A DNA stretch of 64,000 nucleotides from Christensenellales bacterium (GTDB taxonomy: Bacteria > Bacillota > Clostridia > Christensenellales > UBA1431), in assembly GCA_040772545.1 (NCBI GenBank), contig JAXGXY010000007.1:1365-65364 (forward strand), in the 5' to 3' direction. Made by a program: the position numbers and the translations under genes. Under the pieces are notes generated by a model. The model did no database searches. It had not been told where the DNA came from and saw only the letters and a program-made list of their open reading frames with translations. The first letter of the stretch is position 1. Each line of letters begins with the position of its first letter. Below are positions 37,893 to 48,309 of the stretch, one piece after another.

Positions 37893-38501
37893 TCAGGGTT
37901 CCCGTATCGATGTGATGTCGGCGATCGCCACCTCGTGCGCGCCGACGGCCGCATAAACGGTGCCGCCCGACACGCTCAGGCTCTCGACCACGCCCTCCAC
38001 GGCGACTATTCCCCCGTCTTCCACCGCGGCTCCGGTCACGTATTTGCCAATCAGCCCCGAACCCTGCAGGAGCGTATCTTTTATGTCGCTTTTCTCCAAC
38101 GCGCCGCTGTCGTATACTTCCGTCACCTTGTCGGCGGGCACGCTCGTGTCGCCGACGCAGAGGCGCGCCTTGCCCTTAACCATGGTCACGCCGTCGACCT
38201 TCCCGAATACCGGGACCTTCTGCCCGTTTTCGTCCGCGATCTCGGCATAGACGTACTTCCCGATCATCCCCGTCGCCTGGCTCGCCATAAAACTCGTGTT
38301 GAGCGACTGCATCTGTTCCAGCGCCGAGAACTGCGCCATCTGCGCGATGAAATCCGTATTCTCCATCGGGGTCAGCGGGTCCTGGTGCTGGAGCTGGGAA
38401 ACCAGTATGGACAAAAAAGCGTCTTTCCCCAGCTCGCTCCCCGTCATGCGGTCCGCTCCTATATCCGCGTACTGCGACGTACCGACACCGGATACGTTCA
38501 T
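37893..38501 (-). CDS. flgD: Hook capping protein
   Basis: LGKDAFL.ILV.QLQHQDPL.PM...FIAQMAQFS.LEQM. Confidence 0.92.
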   Translation of the reverse strand: MNVSGVGTSQYADIGADRMTGSELGKDAFLSILVSQLQHQDPLTPMENTDFIAQMAQFSALEQMQSLNTSFMASQATGMIGKYVYAEIADENGQKVPVFGKVDGVTMVKGKARLCVGDTSVPADKVTEVYDSGALEKSDIKDTLLQGSGLIGKYVTGAAVEDGGIVAVEGVVESLSVSGGTVYAAVGAHEVAIADITSIREP

Positions 38502-38512
38502 CTTCTTTCCTC

Positions 38513-39847
38513 CTATGCCCGGAATTCGACCGTGTTGCCGTATATGTATTCCTGCAGGGCGATGAGCGTCTCGCGGCACGCCGTCCCCGCGTCCCCGTCG
38601 TCCTGCGGGGTATACTCCCGCCGGTTTTGCCTGGGGTCGTTCGGATGGCCGGGCTGCCCGGCGCCGTCCTGCAGGCTTTCTTGCACTTCCATGCGCACTA
38701 CAGTGATCCCTCGGTCCTTGAGTGCCTGTTCGAGTTGCGCGACCTCGCCCGATATCGCGCTCTTTGCGGTTTCGTTCTCCGCGTGAATCTTCACGACCAT
38801 GCCTTCTGCGTCCATCGTCACCTTCACCGAGACCTTTCCGAGGTGTTCGGGACGGAGCTGTATGCTCATCTGGTACTTGCCTTGCTTTATCCCCGCCGCG
38901 GCCTTGCCGGCCACCTGCTCCAGGATGCCGGCCCTTGCGGCCGCTTTCCCGCTTTCGAAAAAGGACGCGCCGGGCTGCACCCCTTCGGCCTCCGTGTTCT
39001 GTCCGGCCAGGGGCTGCACGGCCGTTTCCTTGCGCACCGGATGCGGCGTCTCCGCCGGCGCTTGCCGCCCGCCGTCGCTCGTTCTGCCTGCGTCCGGCCG
39101 CTCCCCGGCGTCCTTCGCCGGCGCCGCCTGTATATTGGCGTCCTTCGCCGGCGCCCCGTTCCCGGGCTGCGCTTTTTCGGCCGGCTCCGCCTTCACATCC
39201 GCCTTGGGCACCGGCGTTCCGCCGTCCTCGGTTGCGGCGGGCGTCCCTTTCGGCGGGCCCTGTTCTCCGGCCGATGCCGTAATCTGTTCGATAACCGTTT
39301 CCGGCGCGTTTGCCGCGGCCTCTTTGGGCGCGGCTTCCACCGGGGCGGACGCGCCCTTTGGCGCCGGCGCCTGCGCGTCGCCTGCGTGCTGCACCCGTGC
39401 GTCCGGCTTTTGCGGCGTCTGCTGCGGGATTTCAATCAGGCCGTTTGATCCCGCGCCGGTTTCTTCCGTCTCCTTTTTGGCGGTCCCTTCCATGCCGGCG
39501 AGAACCTCAACGAGGGCAGCCGGCACGGCCTCGGCCGCTTCCTGCTCCGCCGCCGGAATCCCTGTCGCCCCGCCGCCTGCCTTTGCCGCCTCATAGCCCT
39601 CTTCGGGCGCCTGCGCCTGCAAGGCCAGCAGCATCATTAAGAGCGCCGCTCCCGCTTCGGGAAGCCCGCTCTCGGCGTCCTCGGACGCTTTTAGGGTTTT
39701 GGCGGCTTCTCTTGCCGCCATGCCGTTTGTCACCGCGTTCAACAGACTGAAAAACCCGTTATCGTCCCGTTCCTTTGTTTTCCCGGCCTGCCCCGGCGCT
39801 GCGGCCGCGGCGGGCAGGGCGTAATCCGCTTGCATTACGGGCTGCAA
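38513..39847 (-). CDS. fliK: Hook-length control protein
   Basis: Low-complexity Ala/Pro/Glu N-terminus; C-terminal QLRPEHLGKV. Confidence 0.9.
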   Translation of the reverse strand: MQPVMQADYALPAAAAAPGQAGKTKERDDNGFFSLLNAVTNGMAAREAAKTLKASEDAESGLPEAGAALLMMLLALQAQAPEEGYEAAKAGGGATGIPAAEQEAAEAVPAALVEVLAGMEGTAKKETEETGAGSNGLIEIPQQTPQKPDARVQHAGDAQAPAPKGASAPVEAAPKEAAANAPETVIEQITASAGEQGPPKGTPAATEDGGTPVPKADVKAEPAEKAQPGNGAPAKDANIQAAPAKDAGERPDAGRTSDGGRQAPAETPHPVRKETAVQPLAGQNTEAEGVQPGASFFESGKAAARAGILEQVAGKAAAGIKQGKYQMSIQLRPEHLGKVSVKVTMDAEGMVVKIHAENETAKSAISGEVAQLEQALKDRGITVVRMEVQESLQDGAGQPGHPNDPRQNRREYTPQDDGDAGTACRETLIALQEYIYGNTVEFRA

Positions 39848-39858
39848 TCCTTCACCTC

Positions 39859-40611
39859 CTATTCGGTAGTGGCCGGCGCCGATGTCGGCACGACGGCTTG
39901 GGCGGCCTTCATTTGCACCGTAAGCTCCGAAGCCAGTTCGGGCGTCATCGCGGCCAGTATGTCCGCTACCTTGTTTTGTTTCATCTGCCTTAGTATATCG
40001 GTCACATCCGCTGTGTTCTTAATCTGCGAGAGTATCTGCGCCGCGCTTATAGGCTCCATCCGCGAATAGACCTCGGCGAGCTGCTCAAGGGCCGCCGCCT
40101 CGTCCGCCGCTTCCTGTTCCGACTGGACAACGATCACTTCGCGCGACCTCAGTTCGTTCTCCTTCTTGTTAAGCGCGCTCTCCCGGGAATTCGCCGTCTT
40201 TTCCCGCTTGGCGACGTCCTCTTCCTTCTTGGCGAGGTCCTTTTCCCTGGCCATGAGCTCGAGTTCCTTCTCGGTTTTGGCCACGTCCTCCCCGCCCTGC
40301 AAAAGCGAGCTAACGGCCGCGCGGCAACCGCCCACGTCCAGTATCACGGCGCCGGCGGCCCCTCCGATGAGCAGCAGGAAAGCGAGCGCCGTTATGAGGG
40401 CGGCCTTTCCGGCCGAAAGCGGTTTCTTCTCCCTGTCCGCCTTTTCCCTCTTCGGCTTCTCTTTTTTCCGCTTCTCTTTCTTCGGTTTGGGTTCCTTCTT
40501 CTTTTTTTCTTTGGGAGGTTTTTCTTTCCCGAATTTCTTTTTGGCTTTCCCTTCGGGCTTTTCCTCTCCCGCCTCTTGCACCGCGCCGTTGTCGTCTTCT
40601 AACATATCCAT
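39859..40611 (-). CDS. MotE/YlxF-like protein (MgtE N-terminal-like)
   Basis: Lys-rich N-terminus, TM, coiled coil, YSRMEP..AA.IL...IL..M.PE.A; lies between fliJ and fliK. Confidence 0.8.
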   Translation of the reverse strand: MDMLEDDNGAVQEAGEEKPEGKAKKKFGKEKPPKEKKKKEPKPKKEKRKKEKPKREKADREKKPLSAGKAALITALAFLLLIGGAAGAVILDVGGCRAAVSSLLQGGEDVAKTEKELELMAREKDLAKKEEDVAKREKTANSRESALNKKENELRSREVIVVQSEQEAADEAAALEQLAEVYSRMEPISAAQILSQIKNTADVTDILRQMKQNKVADILAAMTPELASELTVQMKAAQAVVPTSAPATTE

Positions 40612-40626
40612 ATCGTCCCTGCCTCC

Positions 40627-41067
40627 TCAGGCGCTGGTCACCTGGTACGAAACGAAATCGCCGATGCTCTTTTCCTCCTCGCGCCGGAGTTCTTCGAGGT
40701 ACTTCCCGTACTGCCGGGCGCGCAGTTTGTTTAGCGCCTGCAGCTCCCTCATGGTCTGAAGCAGCGCCGCGCGCTTCGCGTCCCTCTCGGCGGTGGCCTG
40801 CGCTATCCGCTTATTTAGCTGTTCCATGGTTTCGCGCAGATATGTCGCGTAGTTATCGTAGACGCAGGCTTTCATGCCGCTCAGGCCCCTGTCCATCTGC
40901 CTGCCCAGTTCCCGTTGGTGGTCAGTAAGGCCGGCTTTTAGACGTGCCATCTGATCCAACAGCGTGTCGAGGGCCTTCTGCATCCTTGCGAGTTCGGCCT
41001 CCTGTTGCTCCCTCTCGGCCTCTTTTGCGCGTTCGAGGGTTTCCAGCGTAAACTGAAATTTTCTCAT
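40627..41067 (-). CDS. fliJ: Flagellar export protein FliJ
   Basis: MRKFQFTLETL, coiled coil; follows fliI. Confidence 0.88.
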   Translation of the reverse strand: MRKFQFTLETLERAKEAEREQQEAELARMQKALDTLLDQMARLKAGLTDHQRELGRQMDRGLSGMKACVYDNYATYLRETMEQLNKRIAQATAERDAKRAALLQTMRELQALNKLRARQYGKYLEELRREEEKSIGDFVSYQVTSA

Positions 41068-42395
41068 GCCAACTCGTCACTCCCCCGGATAAGTTCCATC
41101 AATTGCGATTTGGTCGCGTCGTACGCGCAGGGTTCGTCCGTGGACTGCCGCAAAAACGCGTTGATCGGGCCGATCATGTCGATAGCCCGGTCGATCACCG
41201 CATCCGTCCCCTTCTTGTACGCGCCGATGTTGATCAGGTCCTGGGCCCGCCTGTATACGGCCATGTTGTTCTTCACGCAGTCGGCCGCGCGCATGTGCTC
41301 CTTATCGACGATGTCGGGCATCACGCGGCTCACGCTCGATAGCACGTCTATAGCCGGGTAATGGCCGGCGTTGGCGAGTTCGCGCGAGAGCACGATGTGT
41401 CCGTCGAGGATGCCGCGAACGGTGTCCGAAACCGGTTCGTTCATGTCGTCGCCCTCCACGAGCACGGTGTAAAGGCCGGTGATCGCGCCTTTCTCCGAAG
41501 TGCCCGTCCGCTCGAGGAGCTTGGGCAGCAGCGCGTACACCGACGGCGTGTACCCCCGCGCAACGGGCGGTTCGCCGATCGCCATGCCGATCTCGCGCTG
41601 CGCCATCGCAAACCGCGTCAGCGAGTCCATCATCAGCAGGACGTTTTCGCCCTGGTCCCTGAAATACTCGGCGATGGCCGTCCCCACCATGGCCGATTTC
41701 AGGCGCACCAGCGCGGGCTGGTCCGAAGTGGCCACCACGACGATGGATTTCTTCAGGCCTTGTTCCTGCAGGTCCTTCTCGATGAACTCGCGCACCTCCC
41801 GGCCGCGCTCCCCCACCAGCGCGATGACGTTGACGCTCGCCGTCGAGTTGCGCGCGATCATGCCCAAAAGCTTGCTCTTGCCCACGCCGCTGCCTGCAAA
41901 AACGCCGATCCTCTGGCCCTGTCCGACCGTGAGCAGCGCGTCGATCGCGCGGATGCCCAGCGGCGTGACGTCCCTGATGCGCTTCCTGCTGAGCGGATTG
42001 GGGGGCGAGTTTTCCACGGGATAGCAGGCCTCGGGTTCGAGCGGTCCGCCCCCGTCCATCGGAGTCCCCAGCCCGTCGAGCACGCGGCCCGTCAGCGAAC
42101 GCCCGACAGGGATCCTTCTCGCCTGGCCCATGGACTGCACCCAGCTGCCCCGGCCCACGCCCGTGAGCGAGCCCAGCGGCATGAGCAGCAGCTTGTCGTC
42201 GCGGAAGCCCACCACTTCGGCCTCGATGCCGTGCTCTCCCTCGGGCGAACAGATGCGGCACTGGTCCCCCATCTTCGCGGCAGACCCGCTCGCCTCCACC
42301 GTGAGCCCCACGACCTGCAGGACCTTGCCGCTGAGGCTGTACGGTTCCGCGTGTTTGACGGCCTGCCTGAATTTTTCCCAGTCCACGTTTATCAT
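41064..42395 (-). CDS. fliI: Flagellar export ATPase
   Basis: GQRIGVFAGSGVGKS, GERGREV, DSLTRFAMAQREIG. Confidence 0.96.
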   Translation of the reverse strand: MINVDWEKFRQAVKHAEPYSLSGKVLQVVGLTVEASGSAAKMGDQCRICSPEGEHGIEAEVVGFRDDKLLLMPLGSLTGVGRGSWVQSMGQARRIPVGRSLTGRVLDGLGTPMDGGGPLEPEACYPVENSPPNPLSRKRIRDVTPLGIRAIDALLTVGQGQRIGVFAGSGVGKSKLLGMIARNSTASVNVIALVGERGREVREFIEKDLQEQGLKKSIVVVATSDQPALVRLKSAMVGTAIAEYFRDQGENVLLMMDSLTRFAMAQREIGMAIGEPPVARGYTPSVYALLPKLLERTGTSEKGAITGLYTVLVEGDDMNEPVSDTVRGILDGHIVLSRELANAGHYPAIDVLSSVSRVMPDIVDKEHMRAADCVKNNMAVYRRAQDLINIGAYKKGTDAVIDRAIDMIGPINAFLRQSTDEPCAYDATKSQLMELIRGSDELA

Positions 42396-43111
42396 CGGGC
42401 CGATCCCATTGCCTTTCTCATGCCGTCCATCATGGTCTCAACGCCCGTGTCCGCCCTTTCCGAATCGGTCTCGACGATGCAGCCGCCCTTTTTGAGGCGG
42501 CTGTTGGCAGCGGCCGAAACGACGACTTCCTCGCCCTGCACGTTGAAACTCGCGGTGTCCGACCCGAAGAAACGCTGGAAGTCCTCCGGGCTTACCTGGA
42601 CGCTGACCCTGCCCTCGCGCCGCACCTTCGCGAGCGCGTTTTCGATGATCGAGCGGAAATAGGCCTCGTCCCTGTCGATCGCCGCGTTGACCACTTTTTC
42701 GGCCACCGACAGGCAGAAGTCGATGATCTCCTCTTCCATCCCCGAAAGGATCTCGTCGCGCGTCTGCCTGAGCTGTTCTGTGAACCGCTCCATCTCGTCC
42801 CTGCGGGCTTTGCGCGCGTCGTTGACGATCTCCTGCGCTTCTTCGCGTCCGAGCTGGTAGCCCTCCTGCCACGCGTCCTTTTTTATTGTTTCGGCTTCTT
42901 CGCTTGCCTTCAACAGTACCGCTTCGGCCTGTTCGCGGGCTTTTCGCAAAACGTTACCGGCCTCTTTTTCGAGCGCTTCGAGTTCCGCATGCCTTTCGGC
43001 GATCGCCTCGTCGAGCTTGAAGAGTTCCAGTTTCTTGGCCGCCTGCTTGTTAAGGGCTTTCGCTTCGCTCTCGTGGAGGGCTTCGACGGTGGACCGGTCT
43101 ATCCTAAACAT
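42392..43111 (-). CDS. fliH: Flagellar assembly protein FliH
   Basis: AWQEGYQLG, GGCIVET; lies between fliG and fliI. Confidence 0.88.
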   Translation of the reverse strand: MFRIDRSTVEALHESEAKALNKQAAKKLELFKLDEAIAERHAELEALEKEAGNVLRKAREQAEAVLLKASEEAETIKKDAWQEGYQLGREEAQEIVNDARKARRDEMERFTEQLRQTRDEILSGMEEEIIDFCLSVAEKVVNAAIDRDEAYFRSIIENALAKVRREGRVSVQVSPEDFQRFFGSDTASFNVQGEEVVVSAAANSRLKKGGCIVETDSERADTGVETMMDGMRKAMGSAR

Positions 43112-44114
43112 AGACTTCATCCTCTCCGCCGCGCGCAATGATGATTTCGCCCTCGTCTTCGAGCTTGCGCACGATGTTCACAATACGTTGCTGCGACTCC
43201 TCGACTTCGCGCACGCGCACGGGCCCCATAAGCTCCATGTCCTCGCGGATCATTTCCTGCAGGCGCTTGGAGATGTTGTCGAAGATGAGCTTGCTTACCT
43301 CCTTCGTCGCGCCCTTGAGGGCCACGGCCAGGTCTGCGTTGTCCACCTCCCTGAGCACGCGCTGCACCGCCTGGCCGGTGAGCTTGGCGATGTCCTCGAA
43401 CACGAACAGTCGGCTTTTTATCTCGTTGGCGAGTTCCTCGTCCTCTTTTTCGAGGGATTCGAGTATGTGTTTCTCCGTCCCGCGGTCCACGGAATTGAGG
43501 ATGTCGACGATCGACTCGATGCCGCCGGCCATGTTGTGCTTGGACGTCCCGGTCGAGGTGAGCTTCCTTTCCAGGATGCGCTCCGCTTCCTTTATATACT
43601 CCGGAGAGGTCGTCCCCATCGTCGCGATGCGCGAGACCACCTCGAGCTGGAGTTCGGGCTGGAGGGAACTGAGCACGTTGGCCGACTGGCGCGCGTCGAG
43701 GTAGGACAGGACCAGCGCTATCGTCTGCGGGTGCTCGTTCTGTATGAAGTTGAGGATCTGGTCGGAGTCGGCCCGCCGGAAAAAGTCGAACGGCCGGGCC
43801 TGAAGGGAGGTCGTGAGCTTCTGGATCAGCTCGCCCGTGCGTTCGGGCCCGAGGGCTTCTTCCAGTATGCCCTTCGCGTATTCGAGCCCGCCTTCGAATA
43901 TGTACTTCTGCGCGAGGCAGATCTCGCGGAATTCGTTGAGCACACTGTCCCTTGTTTCGGGGTCCACCCTGCGCACCGCCGAAATGCCCAGCGTAAGCTG
44001 TTCGATCTCTTCGTCGGTGAGGTATTTGTAAATCTTCGCCGAATAGTTCTTCCCCATGGATATAAGGAGGATCGCCGCTTTCTCCCTGGGGCTTATCTTC
44101 GAATCGGTTAACAT
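43104..44114 (-). CDS. fliG: Motor switch protein FliG
   Basis: KAAILL, EHPQTIALVLSYL, LFVFEDI, MGPVR..EVE. Confidence 0.96.
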   Translation of the reverse strand: MLTDSKISPREKAAILLISMGKNYSAKIYKYLTDEEIEQLTLGISAVRRVDPETRDSVLNEFREICLAQKYIFEGGLEYAKGILEEALGPERTGELIQKLTTSLQARPFDFFRRADSDQILNFIQNEHPQTIALVLSYLDARQSANVLSSLQPELQLEVVSRIATMGTTSPEYIKEAERILERKLTSTGTSKHNMAGGIESIVDILNSVDRGTEKHILESLEKEDEELANEIKSRLFVFEDIAKLTGQAVQRVLREVDNADLAVALKGATKEVSKLIFDNISKRLQEMIREDMELMGPVRVREVEESQQRIVNIVRKLEDEGEIIIARGGEDEVYV

Positions 44115-44128
44115 GCAAACACCCCTTC

Positions 44129-45709
44129 TCAGTCATCGGTGAGCCAGTTGCGCAGCAGCTGCGCGACGGACTCGGCGTTCTTTTCTATGTATTCTTCGAT
44201 TTCCTTCTTATTGAGCTGTGCCTGGGTAGGGGCCTCCGCATCGAGCTGCACCGCTATGCCTCCGGAATCGTCGACCACGAACTCGGTTCCGGCCTCGGCC
44301 GCTACCGCCGCCGCACGCCTGGTACTTGCGAGCGAGCGCAGCGCGCGGATAATGAAAAACGCGATGACGACGGCGGCGAGCGCGATGACGATCACCCGGA
44401 TCAGCGTCCCCGTCTGCGCCGCACTGAGCAGCTCCTGCTGCTGCGTGAAGGCGTCCGCCACCTGTGTTCCCTCCGCGTCCTTAAAGGGCAGGCGTTCCAC
44501 GGTGATGTTTGCCGGCTCTACGCCGACCGCCTTGGCCACCAGGTCCTTCACGTTCCCGGAATAGTCTTCGAGGTCGAGCGTGCTGTTGAGGATGATCGCG
44601 ACGGAAAGCTCCTTGATCTGGCCCTGCGCGCCTTCGATCCGAGACTTCGTCTGGTTAACCTCGAGGTTCGTCTCCTTGGACACCTTGTCGTAGACGGCGT
44701 CGCCCTCCGCGTCCGCCGCCGGGTACGAGTTCGCCCCGCCGTTGCTGTCCACGCCCGTGGTCCCCGAGGCGCCGCCGTAATTCTTTATGGTTTCGGCCAG
44801 GTCTTTCACGCTCACCGCGATGCCCTCGGTCTCCCCCTCGATGGGCGGCGCGAACTTGACCTCCTCCGTGGTCTTCTTGTCGAAGTCCAGCAGGACGTTG
44901 ACCTCGGCGAGCACGTTTCCGCCGCCGAATACCGGCGTGAGCAGGTTGATGATCTGCTCCTGGAGGTTGTCGCGCGTCTCGGCCTGCAGGTCGAAATGCG
45001 ATCCCACGTCCCGCGCGGGATCGTTGCCTGTCAGGTCGTAGAGATTCATCTGCGAGTCGATGATCCTGATGTTGTCCAGGCTCAGGCCTCCCGGCACGCT
45101 CTTGCTCACCAGTTCCCCGATCGCCTGCACCTGCGACTGCGTGAGCTTCGTCCCCTTTTCTATATCCAGCATGATCGCCGCAGTGGCGGGCTTGTCCTCT
45201 CCCGAGAGCACGAACGCCGAGTCGTCTGCCATGCTGATGCTCACCGCGGCGTCCTTGACGCCGTCGAGCATGAGGATGGTGCTGCGAAGGTTGGCCTGGA
45301 GCTGGAACTGCAGGTACGTCCTCTTCTCCATGTCGGTGGTCCCCAGCCCGGACGCCTTCTCGAAGATGTCGTAGTTCACGCCGCTCTTGGGGTAGCCCTG
45401 CGCCGAAAGCTCCATGCGCAGCGAATCCACCTTGTCGCTGGCCACCAGGATCGTGTCCGTGCCCTCCGCCCGCGCGTCCACGCCCATGGACGAGAGCACG
45501 TCCATGATCTCCCCGGCGTCCTTGGCTTCCATGCCCGAATACAGCACGGAATAGCTGGCCGTGCTCAGGAGGGAGACGCCGACGATGACCACGACGAGGA
45601 ACAGGGCCGCCAGTATGCCGATCCGTATCAGTTTTCCCTTGCTCGTTTTTGAAAAGAATTCGCCGATCTGTTTGCGAATGGTCGAGAACAAATCCTTGGG
45701 ACCTTTCAT
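44129..45709 (-). CDS. fliF: MS-ring protein
   Basis: Two TMs, YSVLYSG, ATAAIML, C-terminal AQLLRNWL. Confidence 0.93.
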   Translation of the reverse strand: MKGPKDLFSTIRKQIGEFFSKTSKGKLIRIGILAALFLVVVIVGVSLLSTASYSVLYSGMEAKDAGEIMDVLSSMGVDARAEGTDTILVASDKVDSLRMELSAQGYPKSGVNYDIFEKASGLGTTDMEKRTYLQFQLQANLRSTILMLDGVKDAAVSISMADDSAFVLSGEDKPATAAIMLDIEKGTKLTQSQVQAIGELVSKSVPGGLSLDNIRIIDSQMNLYDLTGNDPARDVGSHFDLQAETRDNLQEQIINLLTPVFGGGNVLAEVNVLLDFDKKTTEEVKFAPPIEGETEGIAVSVKDLAETIKNYGGASGTTGVDSNGGANSYPAADAEGDAVYDKVSKETNLEVNQTKSRIEGAQGQIKELSVAIILNSTLDLEDYSGNVKDLVAKAVGVEPANITVERLPFKDAEGTQVADAFTQQQELLSAAQTGTLIRVIVIALAAVVIAFFIIRALRSLASTRRAAAVAAEAGTEFVVDDSGGIAVQLDAEAPTQAQLNKKEIEEYIEKNAESVAQLLRNWLTDD

Positions 45710-45956
45710 ATAGCGCGCTCCTTACCTTCCTTGTGAACGGGAAAAATTCGAAGCCGTATGGGAATATGTCTGGTGCCGGTTTTTTGCCGCCGCCCGGAGT
45801 CATTCCCGGCGATTGTTGCTAAATGTGATAAATTCTCATTACAGGCAAAAATGCCCGTAATCAAATAATCAGCATCTTATCCGTTTTTAAAACGCAAAAT
45901 GTGAAATTGTTGGAAAATTTGATTTGTAACTTTTTGTGAATGCCTGCTAAAGGGGC

Positions 45957-45984
45957 TAAAGTTTGGGCGCGCGCCTGCCGATAC
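45957..45984 (+). promoter_or_regulatory. Sigma-D (sigma-28) promoter of flagellin
   Basis: TAAA-N16-GCCGATAC. Confidence 0.88.
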
Positions 45985-46052
45985 AATATACGCAGTGCGG
46001 GATTTGCCCGCCTTTAAGGGCCCAAAGGCGACGTTTCCCGTGGCAAAATACG

Positions 46053-46092
46053 GTGCTTCGGCAGGGACGCCGAAGCAAAAATTCAAGGAGGA
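46053..46092 (+). promoter_or_regulatory. CsrA-binding sites in the flagellin leader
   Basis: Hairpin tgcttcggc-AGGGAC-gccgaagca with GGA in the loop, just upstream of SD AAGGAGG, as in the B. subtilis hag leader; csrA and fliW are adjacent. Confidence 0.75.
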
Positions 46093-46100
46093 TGCGATTC

Positions 46101-47225
46101 ATGCGTATCAACAACAACATTATGGCGTTGAACACACACCGCCAGTATACGATCAACACCCAGAACGTAGCGACTTCGACCGAGAAACTCTCGTCCGGCT
46201 ACCGCATCAACCGCGCAGGCGACGACGCGGCCGGCCTGGCCATCTCGGAGAAGATGCGCGCACAGATCCGCGGCCTTACGATGGCCTCGAAGAACTCGCA
46301 GGACGCCATCTCACTCGTGCAGACCGCTGAGGGCGCTCTCCAGGAGACCCACTCCATACTGCAGCGCATGCGCGAGCTGGCGACGCAGTCGGCATCGGAC
46401 ACGAACGAGACCGTTGACCGCGCTGCATTGAACGAAGAGTTCACCGCTCTTATTTCCGAGCTCGACGACATCGCACAGAAGACCGCATTCAACGACAAGC
46501 TCCTGTTGGACGGCAGCTTCGGATCGACCGCCACCGTCGACGCCACTTCTGAGATCAAGATCGGCACGCTGGGCATCACCAACATCGAGTTTGAAGGCTT
46601 TGCGGTCGGCGCCCATACCATCGACTTCACGCAGGTGGGAGCGGGCGATCCTTACTCCGCCGAATTGGACGCCCCCGGATCGACCGTGGTAGTCAGCAAC
46701 GCGGCCGGCGCGCAGACGCTGCGCCTCGACTTCGGCGGAGGGCAGAAGATTACCATCGTGATGTCCGACGCAGCGGCCGTAGACCAGTTCGCGGCTGCCG
46801 GGACGAACCAGCTCGCCTTTACGGTCGCCGGCGACAGCAGCTACATCCAGACCGGCGCGAACGCGGGCGACAAGCTGGCCATCACCATCAGCGGCATGAG
46901 CGCCGCCGACCTGAGCGTGGACACGCAGACCATCGGCGACCAGCCTACCGCGGAAGCGGCGATTACCGCTGTCAACGCCGCGATCAACGCCGTCTCCACG
47001 CAGCGCGCGAAACTCGGCGCCATCCAGAACAGGCTCGCGCACAAGATCAACAACCTCGACACCTCGGCCGAGAACCTGCAGGCGGCGGAATCCCGTATCC
47101 GCGACATCGACATGGCTAAGGAGATGACCAACTTCACCAAGAACCAGATCCTGTCCCAGGCCTCGACCGCCATGCTGGCCCAGGCCAACGCAGCACCTCA
47201 GAGCGTGCTGAAATTACTTCAATAA
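46101..47225 (+). CDS. fliC: Flagellin
   Basis: MRINNN..., KLSSGYRINRAGDDAAGLAISEKMRAQIRGL, AESRIRD.DMA.EM, QSVLKLLQ. Confidence 0.97.
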   Translation: MRINNNIMALNTHRQYTINTQNVATSTEKLSSGYRINRAGDDAAGLAISEKMRAQIRGLTMASKNSQDAISLVQTAEGALQETHSILQRMRELATQSASDTNETVDRAALNEEFTALISELDDIAQKTAFNDKLLLDGSFGSTATVDATSEIKIGTLGITNIEFEGFAVGAHTIDFTQVGAGDPYSAELDAPGSTVVVSNAAGAQTLRLDFGGGQKITIVMSDAAAVDQFAAAGTNQLAFTVAGDSSYIQTGANAGDKLAITISGMSAADLSVDTQTIGDQPTAEAAITAVNAAINAVSTQRAKLGAIQNRLAHKINNLDTSAENLQAAESRIRDIDMAKEMTNFTKNQILSQASTAMLAQANAAPQSVLKLLQ

Positions 47226-47300
47226 CGCAACGCCTGAAGAAGACGAAGAGGAACCTTTTTACCGGTTCCTAAAAGGGGATGAACCCTCGTCCTCGGAACC

Positions 47301-47340
47301 CAGCCCCGCCGGGCAACGCCCGGCGGGGCTGTTTGCTTTT
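47301..47340 (+). terminator. Flagellin terminator
   Basis: cagccccgccgggc-aac-gcccggcggggctg followed by tttgctttt. Confidence 0.85.
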
Positions 47341-47407
47341 GGATACAAACCATTAATTAATACGCATTATTGAGTCGCGGTTTTGCTTGGCAAGCAGGGC
47401 TTTGCGG

Positions 47408-47606
47408 CGAAGAATCCCCGGCGCGCGATGCGCAAAGGGGAGCGGCCCATTGAAGCGCCGCCCGGGCAAACCCCCGCAAAGCGCAGCATTAAGGGAAAAG
47501 GAGGAATAACAAGCGCAACGAAAAATCCCTGAATCGAGAAACAATCCAGGGATTATGAGTCAGCGCGGTTTACTCCGGCGAGCGGAGCGGAATCTGCCGC
47601 GACGAC
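47408..47606. repeat. Degenerate second copy of the interspersed element at 1397-1566
   Basis: 47408-47441 matches 1449-1482 at 32/34; further blocks gggaaaaggagga, gggattatgag and gagcggagcggaatctgccgcgacga. Confidence 0.7.
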
Positions 47607-47815
47607 AATGCCGCTTCCAGCGTGTTTACGGAAGAGTTCACGGCCTCCCGGTTCATGTCGCGCGTCTCCTCGAGCAGTTCGTTGCGGAAGATGCGCATCG
47701 ATCGGGGCGCGTCCACGCCGATGCTCACCCGGTCCCCGTCGACGCCCAGCACGCAGATGCGTATGTCGTCGCCGATAAGGATCGCCTCGTCAACCTTGCG
47801 CGTGAGCACCAACAT
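47570..47815 (-). CDS. csrA: Carbon storage regulator
   Basis: MLVLTRK..E.I.IGDDI...V.IGVDAPR...IFR.EL. Confidence 0.95.
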   Translation of the reverse strand: MLVLTRKVDEAILIGDDIRICVLGVDGDRVSIGVDAPRSMRIFRNELLEETRDMNREAVNSSVNTLEAALSSRQIPLRSPE

Positions 47816-48269
47816 GGGCGTTCCCTCCCTTCAGCGCGTGCATCAGGCCGTCGTAGGCCGGGTGGCGCGTCGAATACCGCATGTTGTCCATTACGATCTG
47901 CCTGCCGACGCCCTTCTTCGTGTTTACCAGGACGGGGGCGGCGAGGTTGACCGTCATTTTCGTGATGTCTTCCGGGATCACCGTCACGCCCAGCACCAAC
48001 AGGTCGGCCTGGTCTTCGAGGCTGAGGTCCTCGACTTCCGCGTCGTTGATCTCGAGCGAATAGTCGCTCACGAGGGCGAAGGGGTCCACAACAGGGAGCG
48101 CGACGCCGGGCTCTTTTACCGACTGCATCCAGTATACCGGCGCGGTCTGTTGCGCATGGACGATGACGAAAGCGCGCAGGTGCTCAAAGCCCGGTATCCC
48201 GTGCTCGAACCGGATCACCCTGTCGTCTTTTACCTCGATCTCGCCGAAGCGCTGCGTGTTGATTCTCAT
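47790..48269 (-). CDS. fliW: Flagellar assembly factor FliW
   Basis: TQRFGEI, GIPGFE, WMQS, TVNLAAPV.VN. Confidence 0.93.
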   Translation of the reverse strand: MRINTQRFGEIEVKDDRVIRFEHGIPGFEHLRAFVIVHAQQTAPVYWMQSVKEPGVALPVVDPFALVSDYSLEINDAEVEDLSLEDQADLLVLGVTVIPEDITKMTVNLAAPVLVNTKKGVGRQIVMDNMRYSTRHPAYDGLMHALKGGNAHVGAHAQG

Positions 48270-48309
48270 CGTTTTCCCGCCTTTCCGTTCCCAATCGCCA
48301 TGCCGCCGC

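Noticed and set aside
41868-41900. Inactive FliI (GKSK instead of GKST)
   Set aside because: The Walker A Lys-Ser and the other catalytic motifs are retained.
45710-45950. Riboswitch or invertible phase-variation switch upstream of fliF
   Set aside because: No c-di-GMP aptamer core and no long flanking inverted repeats seen.
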